Shown: positions 62,422 to 64,000 of the stretch, piece by piece | Layout of the letters: every line of letters starts with the position of its first letter | How positions within the stretch are numbered: the first letter of the stretch is position 1 | Sequence record: OM870969.1 | Direction: 5' to 3' (one strand) | Length of the DNA stretch: 64,000 nt | From: Pseudomonas phage vB_Paer_PsCh | The notes under the pieces: generated by a model | What the model saw: only the letters and a program-made list of their open reading frames with translations | Databases searched by the model: none | Told to the model about the DNA's origin: nothing | Translations under genes and position numbers: made by a program

Positions 62422-62497
62422 GGCCAGATAGCTCAATTGGTAGAGCCCCCGACCGATAATCGGGTGGTTGAAGGTTCAAGTCCTTCTCTGGCCACCA
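62422..62497 (+). tRNA. tRNA-Ile (anticodon GAT)
   Basis: Acceptor GGCCAGA/TCTGGCC; D-arm GCTCAATTGGTAGAGC; anticodon arm CCCGA-CCGATAA-TCGGG; CCA. Confidence 0.75.
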
Positions 62498-62506
62498 AAA
62501 TTTATA

Positions 62507-62585
62507 GGCCCATTAGCTCAGTCTGGACTAGAGCAAGCCCCTGTCTAGGGCAAGGTCGCCGGTTCGAATCCGGCATGGGTCGCCA
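62507..62585 (+). tRNA. tRNA-Asp (anticodon GTC)
   Basis: Anticodon loop CTGTCTA; T-arm GCCGG-TTCGAAT-CCGGC; CCA; long D-loop. Confidence 0.55.
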
Positions 62586-62589
62586 ACAA

Positions 62590-62676
62590 GGTCGTTGTAG
62601 AGATAGATGGCTACTATCATCCGGCTGTAACCCGGACGCCATAGGCTAGAGGTTCAATTCCTTCCTTCGACCACCA
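62590..62676 (+). tRNA. tRNA-Tyr (anticodon GTA), type II; acceptor-stem base imperfect in my parse
   Basis: Anticodon arm TCCGG-CTGTAAC-CCGGA; long variable arm; TTCAATT T-loop; CCA. Confidence 0.45.
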
Positions 62677-62679
62677 AAT

Positions 62680-62760
62680 AGCGAGAGCGTTAAGACTGGC
62701 TGGCGCTGTCCCTCGGCTCATAACCGAATACAAGTGGTTCGATTCCACCTCTCGCTTCCA
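62680..62760 (+). tRNA. tRNA-Met/Ile2-like (anticodon CAT)
   Basis: Perfect acceptor AGCGAGA/TCTCGCT; anticodon loop CTCATAA; T-arm GTGG-TTCGATT-CCAC; CCA. 81 nt with atypical D-arm. Confidence 0.45.
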
Positions 62761-62994
62761 AATTGCACTCCGAGGAACCCTAAGTGGTGGGTTCAGTGTC
62801 GCTACCTATCTCGGTAAGGGGAAGCGCCTAAGCTGGCACGGGTAATTGAGTAGCTGTGATAAGCTACTGGCAGCCAGTATAAATCGTCCGGCTCGGGCCC
62901 GTTATAGCTCCTAGATTTGAATTAGATGCTGTAAGCCATAGGAGGTGATCCAGTATCTCCCGGAGGGGCCCGGGTTAACAACCTCATGAATTTA

Positions 62995-63071
62995 GCCCGC
63001 GTTGGCCGAGAGGTTTAGGCGGCGGATTGCAAATCCGTCTCACATCGGTTCAAATCCGATACGCGGCTCCA
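62995..63071 (+). tRNA. tRNA-like (anticodon loop TTGCAAA = GCA, Cys?), acceptor pairing imperfect
   Basis: T-arm ATCGG-TTCAAAT-CCGAT; CCA; anticodon arm GCGGA-TTGCAAA-TCCGT. Confidence 0.35.
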
Positions 63072-63081
63072 AGGTTTATAT

Positions 63082-63157
63082 TGGGATGTAGCTCAGTTGG
63101 CAGAGCAGGGAGCTGTTAACTCTCAGGTCGCAGGTTCGAGCCCTGCCGTCCCAGCCA
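63082..63157 (+). tRNA. tRNA-Asn (anticodon GTT)
   Basis: Acceptor TGGGATG/CGTCCCA; D-arm GCTCAGTTGGCAGAGC; anticodon arm GGGAG-CTGTTAA-CTCTC; T-arm GCAGG-TTCGAGC-CCTGC; CCA. Confidence 0.75.
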
Positions 63158-63220
63158 ATTTCCAAAAGAGACTCTTCGCTTCAGAAGCAGAGTCGAACGC
63201 CCGATACGGGCCTTATTCAT

Positions 63221-63298
63221 CTCCTCGTAGCTCAGTCTGGTTAGAGTGTCGGATTTGGAATCCGAAGGTCGAAGGTTCAAATCCTTCCGGGGTGACCA
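63221..63298 (+). tRNA. tRNA-Pro (anticodon TGG)
   Basis: Anticodon arm TCGGA-TTTGGAA-TCCGA; T-arm GAAGG-TTCAAAT-CCTTC; CCA. Confidence 0.6.
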
Positions 63299-63304
63299 AT
63301 CAAA

Positions 63305-63380
63305 GCGGGTATAGCTCAGTTGGTAGAGCGTCTGCCTTCCAAGCAGTTCGTCGTCGGTTCGAGTCCGTCTATCCGCTCCA
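63305..63380 (+). tRNA. tRNA-Gly (anticodon TCC)
   Basis: Acceptor GCGGGTA/TATCCGC; D-arm GCTCAGTTGGTAGAGC; anticodon loop CTTCCAA; CCA. Confidence 0.65.
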
Positions 63381-63386
63381 AACAAA

Positions 63387-63463
63387 GGGACTGTAGCTCA
63401 GAAGGTTAGAGCGGTGGATTGAAATCCCACAGGTCGGGCGTTCGATTCGCCCCGGTCCCACCA
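63387..63463 (+). tRNA. tRNA-Phe (anticodon GAA)
   Basis: Acceptor GGGACTG/CGGTCCC; anticodon loop TTGAAAT; T-arm GGGCG-TTCGATT-CGCCC; CCA. Confidence 0.65.
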
Positions 63464-63469
63464 AATAAA

Positions 63470-63545
63470 GCAGTTATAGATTAATTGGTTAAATCGCCAG
63501 ACTTTCAATCTGGTGTTCCGGGTTCGATCCCCGGTAACTGCTCCA
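63470..63545 (+). tRNA. tRNA-Glu (anticodon TTC)
   Basis: Perfect acceptor GCAGTTA/TAACTGC; anticodon arm CCAGA-CTTTCAA-TCTGG; T-arm CCGGG-TTCGATC-CCCGG; CCA. Confidence 0.65.
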
Positions 63546-63611
63546 ATCAAGTCCAAGCCGGAACATTCCTCCGTATGTGCTTTCAGCCGGCTTGGCATTA
63601 TTCGTGTGGAG

Positions 63612-63678
63612 ATTGTGTAGCCCGGATGCTGCCTTTCGGTTGTGACCCGATTGTTGGGGTTCGAGTCCCCGCCTCCAA
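63612..63678 (+). tRNA. tRNA-like element (T-arm GGGG-TTCGAGT-CCCC, CCA end), body not resolvable
   Basis: Acceptor TGGAGAT/GCCTCCA partly pairs. Possibly a degenerate tRNA. Confidence 0.25.
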
Positions 63679-64000
63679 CCAATGTCGTGCAATGGTATAT
63701 CGCGTTGACGCTTTTAGGCTCTCTGGATCGTAAGCCAGTAAAGCGAGAATAGCGGGCTCTCGCAGCAGAGCGATAGGTGGTTCGATTCCACAACATGACA
63801 CTCTTTCCTCCTCGCCTGTGCTGAACGGTTTCCTCCTCCTTTCCCGTCTCACAGGCTCTATTCCCTGCCCTTTAAGCATTTATGGTGATGCACCGGCTTT
63901 GTAACCCGGCGAATTCTGTTCAAGTCAGGAATGGGGCACCAATTCACTATCAAAGAACCCGCAAGCTCCCGATAGGGTTCACACTCTATAAGGTTGTAGC

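Noticed and set aside
63546-63610. Hairpin CCAAGCCGG...CCGGCTTGG (9-bp stem, 25-nt loop) followed by CATTATTCG, as a possible terminator
   Set aside because: The loop is too long and the T-tract is weak. I left it unannotated. It may be part of an aberrant tRNA-like element.
63097-63879. ORFs 63097..63396 (+), 63116..63385 (-), 63398..63796 (-), 63485..63733 (+) and 63598..63879 (-)
   Set aside because: They overlap the tRNA genes and owe their length to GC-rich tRNA sequence. They have no RBS.
1-64000. Prophage or temperate identity
   Set aside because: The window has no integrase, CI/Cro-like switch or att-like features. The gene content (own pol, RNR, ThyX, ligase, tRNAs, NAD salvage) is that of a large virulent phage.

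Overview
This window reads as a gene-dense internal segment of a large virulent dsDNA phage genome. I see no integrase, repressor/cro switch or structural genes. Host sigma70-type promoters (TTGACA-N16/17-TAnAAT) occur throughout and no phage RNA polymerase is visible. Layout: (i) 52-25467, plus strand: replication and nucleotide metabolism (primase/helicase, family A DNA polymerase, SSB with DDDIPF tail, 5'-3' exonuclease, HNH endonuclease, metallophosphoesterase, ThyX, RNR NrdB and NrdA) with many small ORFs; (ii) 25470-26490: about 1 kb non-coding with iteron-like direct repeats; (iii) 26494-38008, plus strand: about 35 small early-type ORFs, many behind a near-identical promoter cassette whose -10 sits inside a 21-bp perfect palindrome; (iv) 38010-40190: strand-switch region with repeats, GATAGC-N3/4-GCTATC palindromes, a free-standing HNH-AP2 homing endonuclease and a bidirectional terminator; (v) 40193-60295, minus strand: a host-takeover/auxiliary arm holding duplicated small genes, a lipoprotein, a DprA/SLOG-like protein, a macro domain, a NAMPT-like plus PRPP-synthetase-like pair (NAD reconstitution), a P-loop kinase plus Rnl2-like RNA ligase, an HTH regulator, a Ser/Thr-phosphatase-like MPP, a (p)ppGpp-hydrolase-like HD protein, a cell-wall hydrolase, an ATP-dependent DNA ligase, a dCMP deaminase, a frameshifted HNH-AP2 endonuclease and a ClpP-like protease; (vi) 60329-61422: divergent promoters and two small plus-strand genes; (vii) 61428-63800: an array of about 15 to 20 tRNAs with internal promoters, several tRNA-like elements and an unusual structured RNA candidate. 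All calls are from reading the sequence by eye for motifs; no database searches were run.
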